64,000 nt of DNA, taken from assembly GCA_026936335.1 (NCBI GenBank), contig JAPMXV010000074.1, positions 124,001 through 188,000 on the forward strand. Reading direction: 5' to 3'. Each line of letters starts with the position of its first letter. Positions within the stretch are counted from its first letter, which is position 1. The DNA is from Mantamonas sphyraenae STR306. Its lineage: Eukaryota > Protista > CRuMs. Positions 1-11,100 of the stretch are shown here, piece after piece. The notes below the pieces were generated by a model. That model saw nothing but the letters and a program-made list of their open reading frames with translations, made no database searches and had not been told where the DNA came from. The position numbers and the translations under genes are program-made.

Positions 1-840
1 CCGTGTGGCCACACGGCGTGTGCTGATTGCAACCGCAAGCGTGGCCTCCGTGGCGACTGTGGCGAGTGTGGACGCGAGGTGGAAATGGCACTGCCCAATG
101 TGCATCTGGATGCGGCCGTGAGCAAGTATGTGTTCAAGGAACAGGCCACGGCGAGGCTGAAGGAGTGGCACGCGTCGTTTGAAGACGGATCCGGAGGCAT
201 CTCACACCAGGCGGCGGTGGATGCACGGGAGGAGTTGGAAGACTTGGACGGCGACGACCTGTCGGACGACGAAGGGGTGCGCAACGCACGTGCGCGACTG
301 CGCAAGATCCAACGGCAGGCGAGGGAGAAGGAGAGGGCACGGGAGAGGGAACGGGCAAAGGCACGTGGCAAGGCGGCAGTGTCGGAGGATGGAGAGTCAG
401 AGGCAGGGGACAAGGACAAGGACAAGGAGGAGGAGGAGAGGGCCAAGGAGGAGGATTTGTTGGGATTGCGCAGCGATTCGGATTCCGGATTCAAGTTGGA
501 CGTGATGCAACAGTTCAAGGCCATTGTGTACATGCAGGGCGACCTCATCATCCGCGAGGGAGACGTGGGCTCGGAACTGTTCTATCTGACGATGGGCACA
601 GTCGAAGCCATCAATGGCCAGGGCCAGGTGCTGGCTGTGATGGAGGAGGGGGCCTTCTTTGGCGAAATCGCCCTTTTGTTCGAGACAAGGCGCACCGTGA
701 GTGTGCGTGCAAAGACCATGTGTACCTGCTTCTCTCTCAGCAGGGAGGCTTTCAACAGCGTGCTTGCCAAGTATCCCGACGAGAAGCGACGGATTGAAAA
801 GGTGGCCAGGAAGCGGTTCAAGCACATGTACACGGACTGA
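1..840 (+). CDS. 5'-partial RING finger (C3HC4) + coiled coil + cyclic-nucleotide-binding domain protein
   Basis: Frame +1 is open from base 1. PCGHTACADCNRKRGLRGDCGECG...PNVHL is the C-terminal half of a C3HC4 RING (CGH-x2-C-x2-C-x9-C-x2-C). The C-terminus IIREGDVGSELFYL...GAFFGEIALLFETRRTVSVRAKT is a canonical CNBD. Stop TGA at 838-840. Confidence 0.85.
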   Translation, partial: PCGHTACADCNRKRGLRGDCGECGREVEMALPNVHLDAAVSKYVFKEQATARLKEWHASFEDGSGGISHQAAVDAREELEDLDGDDLSDDEGVRNARARLRKIQRQAREKERARERERAKARGKAAVSEDGESEAGDKDKDKEEEERAKEEDLLGLRSDSDSGFKLDVMQQFKAIVYMQGDLIIREGDVGSELFYLTMGTVEAINGQGQVLAVMEEGAFFGEIALLFETRRTVSVRAKTMCTCFSLSREAFNSVLAKYPDEKRRIEKVARKRFKHMYTD

Positions 841-920
841 GATGGGAGGAGGAGGTGGGGGTGGGGGTGATGGCGTGGGGTGCAGTGCACAATGCAGTGC
901 AACAACAACAACAACAATAG

Positions 921-2258
921 TCAGCCAGAGAGCAGGGAGCGTGCCACATGAAAGAGAATCCTGTCCATGATCTCCACTGGCTGCGTGTGCCAGGCATGCG
1001 TGGGTGTGTACTCTTGCACAGAGCCAACGGCAAACATGCGCTCTTCTTCGGTGCTGTTCATGGCCATGATGGTCTCCATGGCTGTGTCGACCGCACGTGG
1101 AAACACATGATGGCGTTCCATGGCCCACCGCACCGGGGTGCGTGTCAACACGTGCTGGTACATGATATGGAAGCGACGCAGGACATCGGAGCCATCCACA
1201 AGCATGTGCAGCGCCAGATTGGGCGCAGAGAGGGGTTTGTCCGCATCCTGACCGTGTTTGAGTCTCTCCAGCGTCGACTGTGGTGGATCTGCACCACACA
1301 TCACCAGGATGTAGCACACCTTGGGTGTTGACCATGGGATGGTGGAGTCCAACGCGTGCAGGATGGCGTGTGGGGTGTCTGGCGAGTCGACATCACCCAA
1401 GTTGACCAACACCAGCTTCAGCACCTCCAAATTGGGTTGGTACACCATCATGATCCACTGGAATATCCTGTTCATGTCCCATGCTTCGGCACAATGTCCC
1501 ATGACCAGGGACAGAACGGCGACGGGCAATCCGTTGGTGAGCACCTCCTGCACATCCTCGTCCTGGAACACAATGCCCAAATCAACCACCAATTGCATCA
1601 TTTCGATGGATCCTGCATGCATGCATGCCCGTGCGTACTCGCGCGTCTTGAAACGCACGGTGTCGCCTGCTAGCTGGCCGAGTGCAGCAGCAATCACACG
1701 TGCGCTCCCGTGTGCTCGCTCTCCAATGGCGTTGATGAGTGGATCGGTGGATGTGGAGTGTTCATCCAACACTTCGGGACGGTGTGCAATGATGCACTCG
1801 ACCATGGAGGCTGCATCGGTGGCCACAGCTCGGGAGAACGCCTGCCGCACTGTGCGTGCGTCTCCGCCTCGACTGCTGCTGCAAAGGAGGGCATTCATCA
1901 CATCTACGTTGCCCACACTCACAGCAATCATGATGGTGGACGATGCGGAGCGGTGGAGGCTGGCGTCACGCACCACGGCACCGTGTTCCAACAGCAGCGA
2001 GACCATGGCTGCGTCTGCGTTGGTGATGGCCTGGTGCAGTGGGTAGGGGTTGGGTGGGGTCGATGGGTCCGCATGGTGTGCGAGAAGGACGCGTGCCGTC
2101 TCGACGTCGCCCGTGCGGATGGCTTCCGTCAGGAGCGTGTTGCGCCGGCCAACTTTGCTGGCCAACCACACGCTCGTTTGCTCTGGACCGGCGCTCTGCA
2201 GCAGTTCATCCACAGCTGCAGCGTCACCACGCTGTACCGCCGCCAACACATCGTCCAT
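921..2258 (-). CDS. Ankyrin repeat protein with C-terminal W-x3-HH-x-FP...P-x-EI motif
   Basis: Ankyrin motifs TLLTEAIRTGDVETARVLLAHHAD and YPLHQAITNADAAMVSLLLEHGA. First ATG at 2258 (MDDVLAAVQRGD). Confidence 0.8.
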   Translation of the reverse strand: MDDVLAAVQRGDAAAVDELLQSAGPEQTSVWLASKVGRRNTLLTEAIRTGDVETARVLLAHHADPSTPPNPYPLHQAITNADAAMVSLLLEHGAVVRDASLHRSASSTIMIAVSVGNVDVMNALLCSSSRGGDARTVRQAFSRAVATDAASMVECIIAHRPEVLDEHSTSTDPLINAIGERAHGSARVIAAALGQLAGDTVRFKTREYARACMHAGSIEMMQLVVDLGIVFQDEDVQEVLTNGLPVAVLSLVMGHCAEAWDMNRIFQWIMMVYQPNLEVLKLVLVNLGDVDSPDTPHAILHALDSTIPWSTPKVCYILVMCGADPPQSTLERLKHGQDADKPLSAPNLALHMLVDGSDVLRRFHIMYQHVLTRTPVRWAMERHHVFPRAVDTAMETIMAMNSTEEERMFAVGSVQEYTPTHAWHTQPVEIMDRILFHVARSLLSG

Positions 2259-2393
2259 GACGTTGACGTTGGTTGGGTTGCGTGCAGGTGGGAGTGGGGG
2301 TGGAGGGTGGCCGGGATTTCGAGCAATCAGTTCCTGACAACCCAAATTCCATTTCTTCCTGTTTGAAGCTGTGTGCTGTGCAACCGCTCCGCT

Positions 2394-3379
2394 CTATTCC
2401 TCCTGCTGGTTGCCAAACCCATACCGCTTGGCGTACTTCTGAGGAGGGAGGGACTCGCGAGGCAAGGACTTGCCCTGGTCCTCCCACTTCTCAGGCTTAA
2501 GGTGGGCACGCAGTCCCAGTCGAGAATGGTACACTTCGGTGACAGAACCACCCTGGGCCTCGATGGCCTGACGGGCCTGTGCAGACACAGCAGCCACCTC
2601 CAGCTGCAACCCCTGCAGCGCAAAGTCCTCAGCACCCACACCCAGCACCTTGACGCCATGCTTCAGATTCTTGGACACCAGTCCAGCCTCCCACAGCGTA
2701 CGCGTGTCCACAGGCTTGCTTGTGTCCAGCCTGCCCTCAGCCGCCCAGAATGCAATCTGGTCCAGGTTCACCACGCTCAGCTTGCGTGCGTGCCGTTTGT
2801 TTGTGAACCCATGCTTCGGGATACGCTTCGTCAGTGGGATCTGTCCTCCCTCAAACCCGGGCCTGGGCTTTCCGCCTCCGCTGCGCGACTTTTGTCCCTT
2901 GTGTCCCCTCGTCGCCGTCTTTCCGCGGCCCGAACCTGGTCCACGCCCAACACGCTTGCGCTGCGTGCATACGTGCGTGATCCAATGGGTGTGTGGATCA
3001 TGCGGTTCCATCCACGTGTGTGATCGCCCCGTGGTGTGCTTTGTGTCAGCCTGCAGACGTCCGTTTCCTCTCCCGCTCCGCGCGCCTCCTCGCACGCGCA
3101 TGTCCCACCCCGCCTGCGCCTCACCTGCTTCTTGGCCCCGGGATTGTCTGCAATCGTGTTCAGCGCCAGTTGCTGCAGCCATTGGGGCTTCTGCATCGAC
3201 GCCTCGCTCTCCTCTGTGCTCTGAACCAGTGCACTGGTGTGCAGAAGCACGCCCGCCGGAGACGATTCGTGCATCGCCTCCATCAGCGGCGACGACGACT
3301 CTGCCCACAATGCATTCAGCCCACCTGCTGTAGCCACACCTGTGTTTGTTCTTGCACTCCTTACTGTGCGCACAAACAT
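2394..3379 (-). CDS. MRPL15: Mitochondrial ribosomal protein uL15m, 2 exons
   Basis: Exons 3379-3125 and 2960-2394, with a phase-0 intron CAG|GTGAGG...ACGCAG|. The join gives [39 protein letters not shown]...GFEGGQIPLTKRIPKHGF, the uL15 signature. The Arg/Ser/Thr-rich N-terminus resembles a mitochondrial presequence. Confidence 0.92.
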
Positions 3380-3556
3380 TCTGGTTTGGTTGTTTCAGCG
3401 GTGGCAATGTTGGGAGTGCGCGGCAGACGATCTTGCTTCCATACCACCGCAGTTCCAACCCCTTGAAGAGGCGTGGGTCACAACAACACCCTCCTTCCAG
3501 GAGAGAGCCCCTCAGAGTGACCTCCACTCGTGCTAGCCTACCAATGAGCACTTCAC

Positions 3557-3652
3557 GGGAATGATGCTGTAAATTTTGATTGAAATACAAATAAGTATCT
3601 GAGTAGCGCATACATATTTCGGTATGAATCAAAATTTAAACATCAAGTACCC
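3557..3652. repeat. AT-rich long imperfect inverted repeat (hairpin)
   Basis: taaattttgatt (3570-3581) is the exact reverse complement of aatcaaaattta (3627-3638). Pairing extends outward (tgatg/catca, ggg/ccc) and inward (atac/gtat, aaata/tattt, gtat/atac). Confidence 0.75.
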
Positions 3653-3704
3653 AACCCCTTCTTACACCACTCCGATCAAACCCACACTCGCTGAAAACAC
3701 CGTT

Positions 3705-6700
3705 TCATTCCGTGGCGCCATCCTCCAACTCGTCCCACAGCTCGTCAATGTCGTCCTTGGTCACATGCAGCATGGAAAAGCGCTTGAGCAGCTCCACGTG
3801 CTCTGGGAACGCAAAGCGGAAAAAGTCCAGGCGATGGATGCGGAATGCCTCGACCTTGGTGGCCGCCACCACGCTGACACTCCGCTTGAGATTGTTCACC
3901 ACATCCACCACCCCAAATGTCTCGCCCTTGCCCACTGTGCCCACTTTCAGGAACTTGGTCACCACCTGAGGCCCACCTTTGCCCGCTCCTTGCCCCTTGC
4001 CTTTCTTCCCTCCTCCACCTTTGCCGTTGTTGATGCTGCTGCTGTTTGTGAAGCCTGCGCCCTCCTTTCCCTCCCGTCCATCGTGTGATTCGTCCACCTT
4101 CTTGGACCGTGGACTCAACGATGACGCACCACCGCTGCCTCCCATCCCGGTCTTGAGATGTTTCTTGGCAATCATGGATGGCTGCCTGCGCTGCTTGTTC
4201 TTCCTCTCCTGCTTCACCTTGTTCATGGCCGAGCGCAGTTTGAGCTTGCCCGAGCTGTTGGCTTCACTCAGCGTCAGCTTTGTGCGCAACTTCCGCACGT
4301 GGTGGTCTGCATCGTTGTTGTTTGGTCCACCATCCGTCATCACACCACGCTGTTTCTGTGTCCTGCTGCTCCCATCCAGTGTGGAACCCGACGATGACGA
4401 CGACGACGACGACGACGACGACGAGCCCGCTTCCAAGGCAGACCCTGTGGCGATGACCGAGCCCCGGCCGTCCACTTGGTAGACCACGCGACGCAGCACA
4501 TTGGCCTTGCCCTCCTTGATAAAGTAGATAAAGTCACTCTCCTCGCCATGGCGCACAATCACCTCGTTTTCGTAGTACTCCTTCAGGTAGAGGTAGGGGA
4601 GAAAGTTGCGAAGGTAGTCGGGTTCGTAGCTGGCAAACAGAGGCAGTCGCACCAGAACCTGATGCAATTGGTTGTAGACATTGGTGTGTGCCAGGTACAG
4701 GGTGCTCATGTAGTCCTCTTTGCTGAGCTTCAGAAACTCGGTGGGTTCCGTGGTCATGACAGACGCACTCCTTCGCTCACCCTTCTTCAGCATGGAAATC
4801 TCCCCAAAGCTCTCCCCTGGTCCCAGCGTGTTGACACTCTGTGCCACCATGAACCCACTCTTGATCTTAAACACAAACACAGAGCCAGTCAGCACAATGT
4901 ACAGGAACTTGGCTGCGTCCCCTTCGCTGAAGATCGTGTAATCCGCAGGGTACCACTCATACACCAGCCTTGTCGACAGCTGAGCCAGGATGTCATCGTC
5001 GTAGGGCAACATGCATGGGATGCGCCTCAGCAGTGACTTGAGCACATGCACATCCGTCCCGTCCCGATCTGCCCCATTCTTCTGCATCGCCTTGCGCATT
5101 CGATTGGTTAGTGTCAACGAGATGCGTCGTGTCGCTTCCAACGACTGTGTTGCTCCTGTGCTCTCCTCCTGTGCCTTCATCTTGTCCACCTCCATCTCCC
5201 CTGCCAGCCGTTCGTCACTCGCCGTCGTTCCCATCCTCTTTCCCTTTCCTTTGCCGCCGGTGCCGTGTTGATGGTCCTCATGGTGGCGGCTGTTTGGGTA
5301 CTCTTGCTGCTGCTGCTGATGATGATGATGATGTTGGTGCTGGTGCTCGTCGTGGTTGCTGGTCCGCTTCTCACCGCTGCTCACAGGTCCCTTTGACCGC
5401 GTGCGTGGACGTACCACCGTCGAATGGGCCTGTGCATTCGATTGCATGTTGTGTGTCACCAGACGGTACGGTTTCATCTTGTCCGACGTGCGAAACGTGT
5501 TGTTCCGCCGCTTGCGCCCTGCCACCTGTGCCAAATCCCGACGAATGTACGCGTGGTTGTGCACCTCGTCCCTCTGAAGGTACGGATACAGGTTCTTCAC
5601 ACGCATGGCATGCTTCTTTGTGGCCAGCATGTAGTGTGCTGCGCTGCCCACGTGTTTGCTCACTGCCCCAGGCACTTCCCCTTCTCCCCCCGCCCCTGCT
5701 TGTCCCTGCTGTCCTCCTCCCTGTGCTCCCGATCCAGACGATGACGATCCTCCCTGTGTCTGGTCATCTCCACTTCCATACCCTTCCAACACATCCCCCT
5801 CGTCTCCCAACCGGATCCCATCCCCTGGACTCCCACCTCCACCTCCACCAGTACCACCACCACCTCCTCCTCCTCCTCCATCGTCCCCATTCCCTCCTCC
5901 TTCCTCCTCCATGGCCTTGCCCCCAGCCTGCGTTTCCTTCACCAACGCCGTGTCGTCCGTCTTCTTCTGCATGCTGGCTGGGTACATCATGTCCACATGG
6001 GCCAACATGTCGTACACCCCAGCGTCCTGCTGTTCCGACGAAAACTGCCTGCGGATGTCCATCATCAACTCGTTCTCCACCTCATCTTCATCCTCCTCCG
6101 TTCCAATCGCCTTGCGGTCCTTTTCGTTCTCACGCTGCCTATCAAAGTGGTGTGCGGGAAACGGCGACAGGTGATCCAGCTCCATCCTCACGGGCATCCG
6201 GATCCCATTCACCTCCCGTTGCGACTCGATGTGCCGTGGCGAGTACTGATGCCACACCATCTTGCTTGGCACCGGCACTCCCACCTCCAGAGGCAGGTCT
6301 GGATTGTTCAACGGGTTGCTCATGTCCACACGTGACGATGACGTCGACGATGCTGTGGACAGGGTGCTTCCAACCCCGTTGCCTCCACCGCCGCCACCAC
6401 CACCGCTGCCCCGATCCACCGATCCCGACGATGCCATGCTGCTGCTTGCGCTCAACACAGGTGTGCCGTTGGCCGCCGTCTGTGATACTGCTTGCTTCCC
6501 TGTCATGCTGTCACCACCATCAACACCATCAACACCACCACCCTCAACCTCATCATCATCCGCTCCCTCTCCATCCTCCACCCCCTCGCTACCATCCCCA
6601 TGACTCTCCACTGCCTTGAACGCATAGTCGTCCCGTCCTTCCATGCCCCCCACACGTGCTTGCAACCGGTCCATGGTTCGGTCGATCTCCAGCATGGCCT

Positions 6701-8081
6701 CTGCAGGCGACTGACCCATCCTCCTCTCCTCATGGCTCTCACCGATGTGATGCACACCCACTGTGTGACTGTCGTGGGTGGCATGGAAGCTACCCCTTCG
6801 TGCTTGATAATGAGCTGCCAGTTCCACCACGTGTTCGCTGCTATGCATGCTCTCCCACCCTTCGGCATCCCCTTGCGGCTGTCCTTCCGTCCCCTCCCGT
6901 TCAATCAACACCGGTGCTTCCCCTCCCATGCTCGCCATGCTCACCATGGCAGACATCCCCTGTTGCTCCCCTTCCACCCCTGCCACCTGCAGTTGTGCCT
7001 TGTACTCCTCCTCGTTGCGGTACCGCATCACGTGCCTCCCTTCCAGGTCCTTTACATACGCATTCAGTGCCTTTTTCGACTCTTCCCTCATGTGTTCCAT
7101 CTCCTGAAGCACATCCATGAATGTTCGACTGTCCTTGCGCTCCAGAGGCCCCTCTTCCGTCCCAAACAGCGCCCGTTTCGCCGTGATGGCCGTTGACCCC
7201 GACCCGTTCACTCCACCACTGCCTCCACCACCATCACCCTTGCCACCACTGCTACTGCTACTGCTGCGACTCATACTGTGATGTCTCCCCTTGCTCTGTG
7301 GTCGTTTGTCTCCAGGCGACGCCACCTTGAGCTTCACACTCAGCCCTTGCCGTTCCAGCAACTCGTTTTGAGCCTTGCGCGTCAACGCCACCTGCTCTCC
7401 CGTCTGCGTTGCACTCTGTCGTTCCAGATTCCTCCTTGCTGCCCGTAGGATCTTTTTGCTTGCATGGGTGGCACTCATGGTCGAAGACGTCAGCATCACA
7501 AACGACAGCAGCAGATCTTCCTCCTCCTCCTCTTCCTCTTCCTCCTGCGCCTCGTCGGCCCGACTCTTTGCCTGCCCCTGACCACTCCCATGCTTCACCA
7601 TGCCCTTGCGTTCGTCATCCGCTCCCTGTCCAGGATCGTGTTCGTTCGGCAGGTGTGCTCCGTATCCACCTCGCACTGCACTGTGTCGTCCAGAGCCCAA
7701 ACTTGGCAACGCCGAGTGCCGTTGGTGCGGATTCACACTCAGCCTCGCCGCCGGATGTATCTCTTCCTCTCCCCTCCCTTCCTTCTCCTTTGTGCTGCCA
7801 CTCTGTACAGGCGACACATTCAGTTCCTGTCGCCAGCGTTCGATGTTCTCCCGTGTGGGCTCCTCCAGCAGCGTTTCGTCTGCAATCGACGTGCTCGTGG
7901 TCTTTGCACGTGCCCGTCGCCCCTCCCCAGCGCTGTGTGACGATGCGTGGCTTTGCACAGAGCGCACACTGCCACTCCGTTCCATCATGTGCTCCTGCCA
8001 CTTGCCCAAACCACTCCTGCTTCCGTGCATGGATGCCACTCGATTTGGTTCCAACCTCGCCCACTCGCCCTTTTCTTTCAT
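3705..8081 (-). CDS. Cyclic-nucleotide-binding domain protein (CNBD1/2-like) with long low-complexity N-terminus
   Basis: Two CNBDs: IFSEGDAAKFLYIVLTGSV...GESFGEISMLKKGERRSASV, and IVRHGEESDFIYFIKEGKA...(long insertion)...GETFGVVDV...RSVSVVA. The start is uncertain (ATGs at 8081, 8030, 7988). The ORF-track start at 8123 lies in a microsatellite. Confidence 0.8.
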   Translation of the reverse strand: MKEKGEWARLEPNRVASMHGSRSGLGKWQEHMMERSGSVRSVQSHASSHSAGEGRRARAKTTSTSIADETLLEEPTRENIERWRQELNVSPVQSGSTKEKEGRGEEEIHPAARLSVNPHQRHSALPSLGSGRHSAVRGGYGAHLPNEHDPGQGADDERKGMVKHGSGQGQAKSRADEAQEEEEEEEEEDLLLSFVMLTSSTMSATHASKKILRAARRNLERQSATQTGEQVALTRKAQNELLERQGLSVKLKVASPGDKRPQSKGRHHSMSRSSSSSSGGKGDGGGGSGGVNGSGSTAITAKRALFGTEEGPLERKDSRTFMDVLQEMEHMREESKKALNAYVKDLEGRHVMRYRNEEEYKAQLQVAGVEGEQQGMSAMVSMASMGGEAPVLIEREGTEGQPQGDAEGWESMHSSEHVVELAAHYQARRGSFHATHDSHTVGVHHIGESHEERRMGQSPAEAMLEIDRTMDRLQARVGGMEGRDDYAFKAVESHGDGSEGVEDGEGADDDEVEGGGVDGVDGGDSMTGKQAVSQTAANGTPVLSASSSMASSGSVDRGSGGGGGGGGNGVGSTLSTASSTSSSRVDMSNPLNNPDLPLEVGVPVPSKMVWHQYSPRHIESQREVNGIRMPVRMELDHLSPFPAHHFDRQRENEKDRKAIGTEEDEDEVENELMMDIRRQFSSEQQDAGVYDMLAHVDMMYPASMQKKTDDTALVKETQAGGKAMEEEGGGNGDDGGGGGGGGGTGGGGGGSPGDGIRLGDEGDVLEGYGSGDDQTQGGSSSSGSGAQGGGQQGQAGAGGEGEVPGAVSKHVGSAAHYMLATKKHAMRVKNLYPYLQRDEVHNHAYIRRDLAQVAGRKRRNNTFRTSDKMKPYRLVTHNMQSNAQAHSTVVRPRTRSKGPVSSGEKRTSNHDEHQHQHHHHHQQQQQEYPNSRHHEDHQHGTGGKGKGKRMGTTASDERLAGEMEVDKMKAQEESTGATQSLEATRRISLTLTNRMRKAMQKNGADRDGTDVHVLKSLLRRIPCMLPYDDDILAQLSTRLVYEWYPADYTIFSEGDAAKFLYIVLTGSVFVFKIKSGFMVAQSVNTLGPGESFGEISMLKKGERRSASVMTTEPTEFLKLSKEDYMSTLYLAHTNVYNQLHQVLVRLPLFASYEPDYLRNFLPYLYLKEYYENEVIVRHGEESDFIYFIKEGKANVLRRVVYQVDGRGSVIATGSALEAGSSSSSSSSSSSSGSTLDGSSRTQKQRGVMTDGGPNNNDADHHVRKLRTKLTLSEANSSGKLKLRSAMNKVKQERKNKQRRQPSMIAKKHLKTGMGGSGGASSLSPRSKKVDESHDGREGKEGAGFTNSSSINNGKGGGGKKGKGQGAGKGGPQVVTKFLKVGTVGKGETFGVVDVVNNLKRSVSVVAATKVEAFRIHRLDFFRFAFPEHVELLKRFSMLHVTKDDIDELWDELEDGATE

Positions 8082-8085
8082 TTCA

Positions 8086-8130
8086 ATCCATCCATCCATC
8101 CATCCATCCACCCATCCATCCATCCATCCA
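8086..8130. repeat. (CCAT)n microsatellite
   Basis: About 11 tandem ccat units between the AK9 stop and the CNBD start. Confidence 0.85.
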
Positions 8131-8147
8131 CTGGAAGACCTCCTCCG

Positions 8148-11100
8148 TCATTGGTTGAAGCGTGCGACGTCTGCAGGACTCCTTGCCGCTTCAAAGGCAT
8201 CGACCTTTCCCTGTAGCTCGGAATAGACCTTGTCCATGCCCTGGGCATCCTGCAAGGCGGAACGCAGCTTGCTCTTGGCGGTGCGTCGTTTGCCAGTGAC
8301 ATCCAAGACACCCGGGTAGGCCACCTGAGTGGCATCCAGCTGCACACTCGCCGTCGCCTCGTCCTTGTCCATCATGGCACGCACCTCGTCACGCACCTCC
8401 TCCTCTGTGAAGCCCTTCCTCCATGGCAGGGTATCCAGTGACAGCTCCTTGCTCAGCTGCTTCACCAGTCCACACCGCTCCACATACTCCTCCAGCTTCT
8501 TGGCGTACTTTTCACGCACAAACGGCTCGTAGTGTGGGTTGTGTGCCTTGAGGTTCAGGGCAATGAACTTCAGGGCGCTCTCCTCCACGTCTAGGAATGG
8601 ATACTTGGGACGCAGTCGTCCCACGTCGGTCAGTGCGTTGATCACGGCGTTGGCCACCGCCTGCTCCAGATACCCAAGCGTGGGCATCGACTCCAACGAC
8701 ACCGTGCGCTTGGCCAGCGGCGGCAGTTTTGCAGGCAGTGTGGCATGCGTGTACTCCCATGGGTAGCGCACAAACGCCTCCATGTTGTCCTCAGAGGCAA
8801 ACACGTAGTAGCGACCCGCGTACTCCACCATCCGTTCCCGGGAACCGTGCACAAAATGAGCAAACTCATCCTCCTCCTCCTCCTCCTCCTTCTCCTCCTC
8901 CTTCCCGTTCTCCTTCTTCTCCTTCTGCAGGAACGCCACCACATCAAAGCCCTTGAGATGCACCTTGGCGTGTGCCTGCTCGCCCGCATCGTCGACACGA
9001 CGCGGCAGCGTGGCGGGCAAATCGGCCTCTGCGTAGCGTGCAGGGTCGTCCAGGAAGGCTTGGAGGGCGTCTGCGTCGCTCATGCGATAGAACATGCCCT
9101 GGTACTCGGCCACATGGACGTCTTGGCCATCGGCAGGCACGGTGGCCTCGATCAGACCACGGCCCTGCACATAGGCCACCGGACACCAGGGAGCAAAGGC
9201 ACACATGCGTGCCTGCACACTGAAGCGATTGATGCCCACCTTGTGCACGGCACTGGCACCCCCGTCGGCCGCGGCCTGTTCGCGTGCCTGGCGTCGTTGG
9301 ACGTTGGCTCGCACCAGGCCCACGGCATGGGAGGCCAAGAACCACTTGCTACGCGTGGCGTCCAGACGGTACACGTTGTCTTCGGTGGTGTCGTAGTGGC
9401 TGGCCACACTGGGCAGGTGTTCCAACGCCAAGTCCAACTCCTCCTGAAACAGATGGGCGTGCGTGCGGATGGGCACCGCACGGTTGGCCTTGACTTGCGC
9501 ACGCTGTTTGGCCACGCGTGCCTCGTACACGGCCTGTTCGGCACCCTTGGGATACTGCAGCAACAGCACCTGGTGCAAGGCCACCCTGTGTTGGCTCTGC
9601 ATGCGTTGCACGTCGTCAAACGAGCCCGGAATGCCGTCCAGCACAAAGCCCACACGTCGCACGTCTGCCATCTCCAGGATGAAGGGCAGGGCATCCATGA
9701 GCAGGGCCGACGTCACCGCACGGCCCTGGCCGAGGGCACGTTGGATGGCCTCGGCCACAGCGTGTGTCTGACCCATCATGCGACGCACCACCGTGTGCCA
9801 GGACACATACACCGCACCCAACTGGCTGGCCAGTCGTTTGGCCAGGGTGGTGCGTCCGCTGCGCGGGGGACCCAGCACAGCCACGCGTGGGGTGATGAGA
9901 GGGGGCAACGAGGCGTGGGCCACGTAGCGGATGGGATTGCGCAGAAAGAGACGCATGTTGGTGCGTGTGGACAGGTAGTAGACGTGGTGTCGATAGCGCA
10001 CCATGAAACGGGAGCTGCAGGAGTAGGCACGCAGATCGTGGGCCAGCAGCACGGGGCAGTATTGGCTCAGTTTGCTGACACTCCACAGGCCACGTGCCAT
10101 CATGGATTGGGCCTCGTCTTCGTACACGCGCACGGGCGAGGCAAACAGACTGTCACGCTCTTCCACCACGGGGGCCAGGGCTGTGCGCAACACATACGCC
10201 ATGTTTTCCATGCGCGTGTTGCCATCCACAACCACCACACGCACACGCATCTCCTCCCAGTACGCGGTGGCCTCGTCCAGGATGGCCATGGCCTCTTCGT
10301 TCCTGGCTGCAATTTCGTCCTTGCGCACCTCCAGCGCCTCCTCCATCAGGTCGTCCTGCAACGCCGCCAACTCGTCGTCGTCCAGGTCTTCGTTGCCCGC
10401 ACGCGGCACCGTGGGCAGTGCCACGTCGTTTTCGTTGTACAGTCGCTTCAGGGCAGTGTCCTCGTCCAGCACCAGGTGCAACACACGGTCCGGCCACATG
10501 CTGTACTCGGGCGTTTCCACAAGCAGTTGCAACGCAGGCACCGGCAGCGGACGGCCGTACAGCAGCCACCCACGGCCCTTGGCCTGTTCCTCTGCAAGCC
10601 TGCGATGCACCAGCAACGCAAGCAGCTCCGGTTGTTCGTACACACGCGCCAGCTGCTCCTCTTCGCTCACTGTCAGGATATCCTTGGGATTTCGAGCATA
10701 CCCGTCCTCCGCCGTTTCCTCGTAGTCTTCCACGTGCAGCGAGTGCACCACTCGCTCGGGTGCCATTTGCAACACCACCTCCTCCACCCGGATGGCTGTG
10801 AGGCCCAGTTCCGCCGCAAGCCGTCGCGCCTGCGTGTTCTTGCCGCTTCCGGACGGGCCCTGCAACAGCAAACGCAGCGGGGGCTTGGCCAGCGGTCCAT
10901 CCTCTGCAGCCTCCACGTAGTGCAGTGGATGGGCCACAAACTTGGCCCGGTAGGCCTCGCTGGCAAAGACGTACCGTTTGCGATCGTGCACCGCCAGGGT
11001 GCTGGGATCGCCTGCGGCCAGCGCGTTGTGTAGCTTCAACGTGACGGGACAGTACACGCCTGTCTCGCCCCAATCCAGCTGCTCGTCCACGTCCGATTGG

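Noticed and set aside
3559-3602. C/D-box snoRNA (aatgatg...ctga)
   Set aside because: Box C is imperfect (UGAUGC), the span is short, and the sequence is better explained as one arm of the long hairpin.
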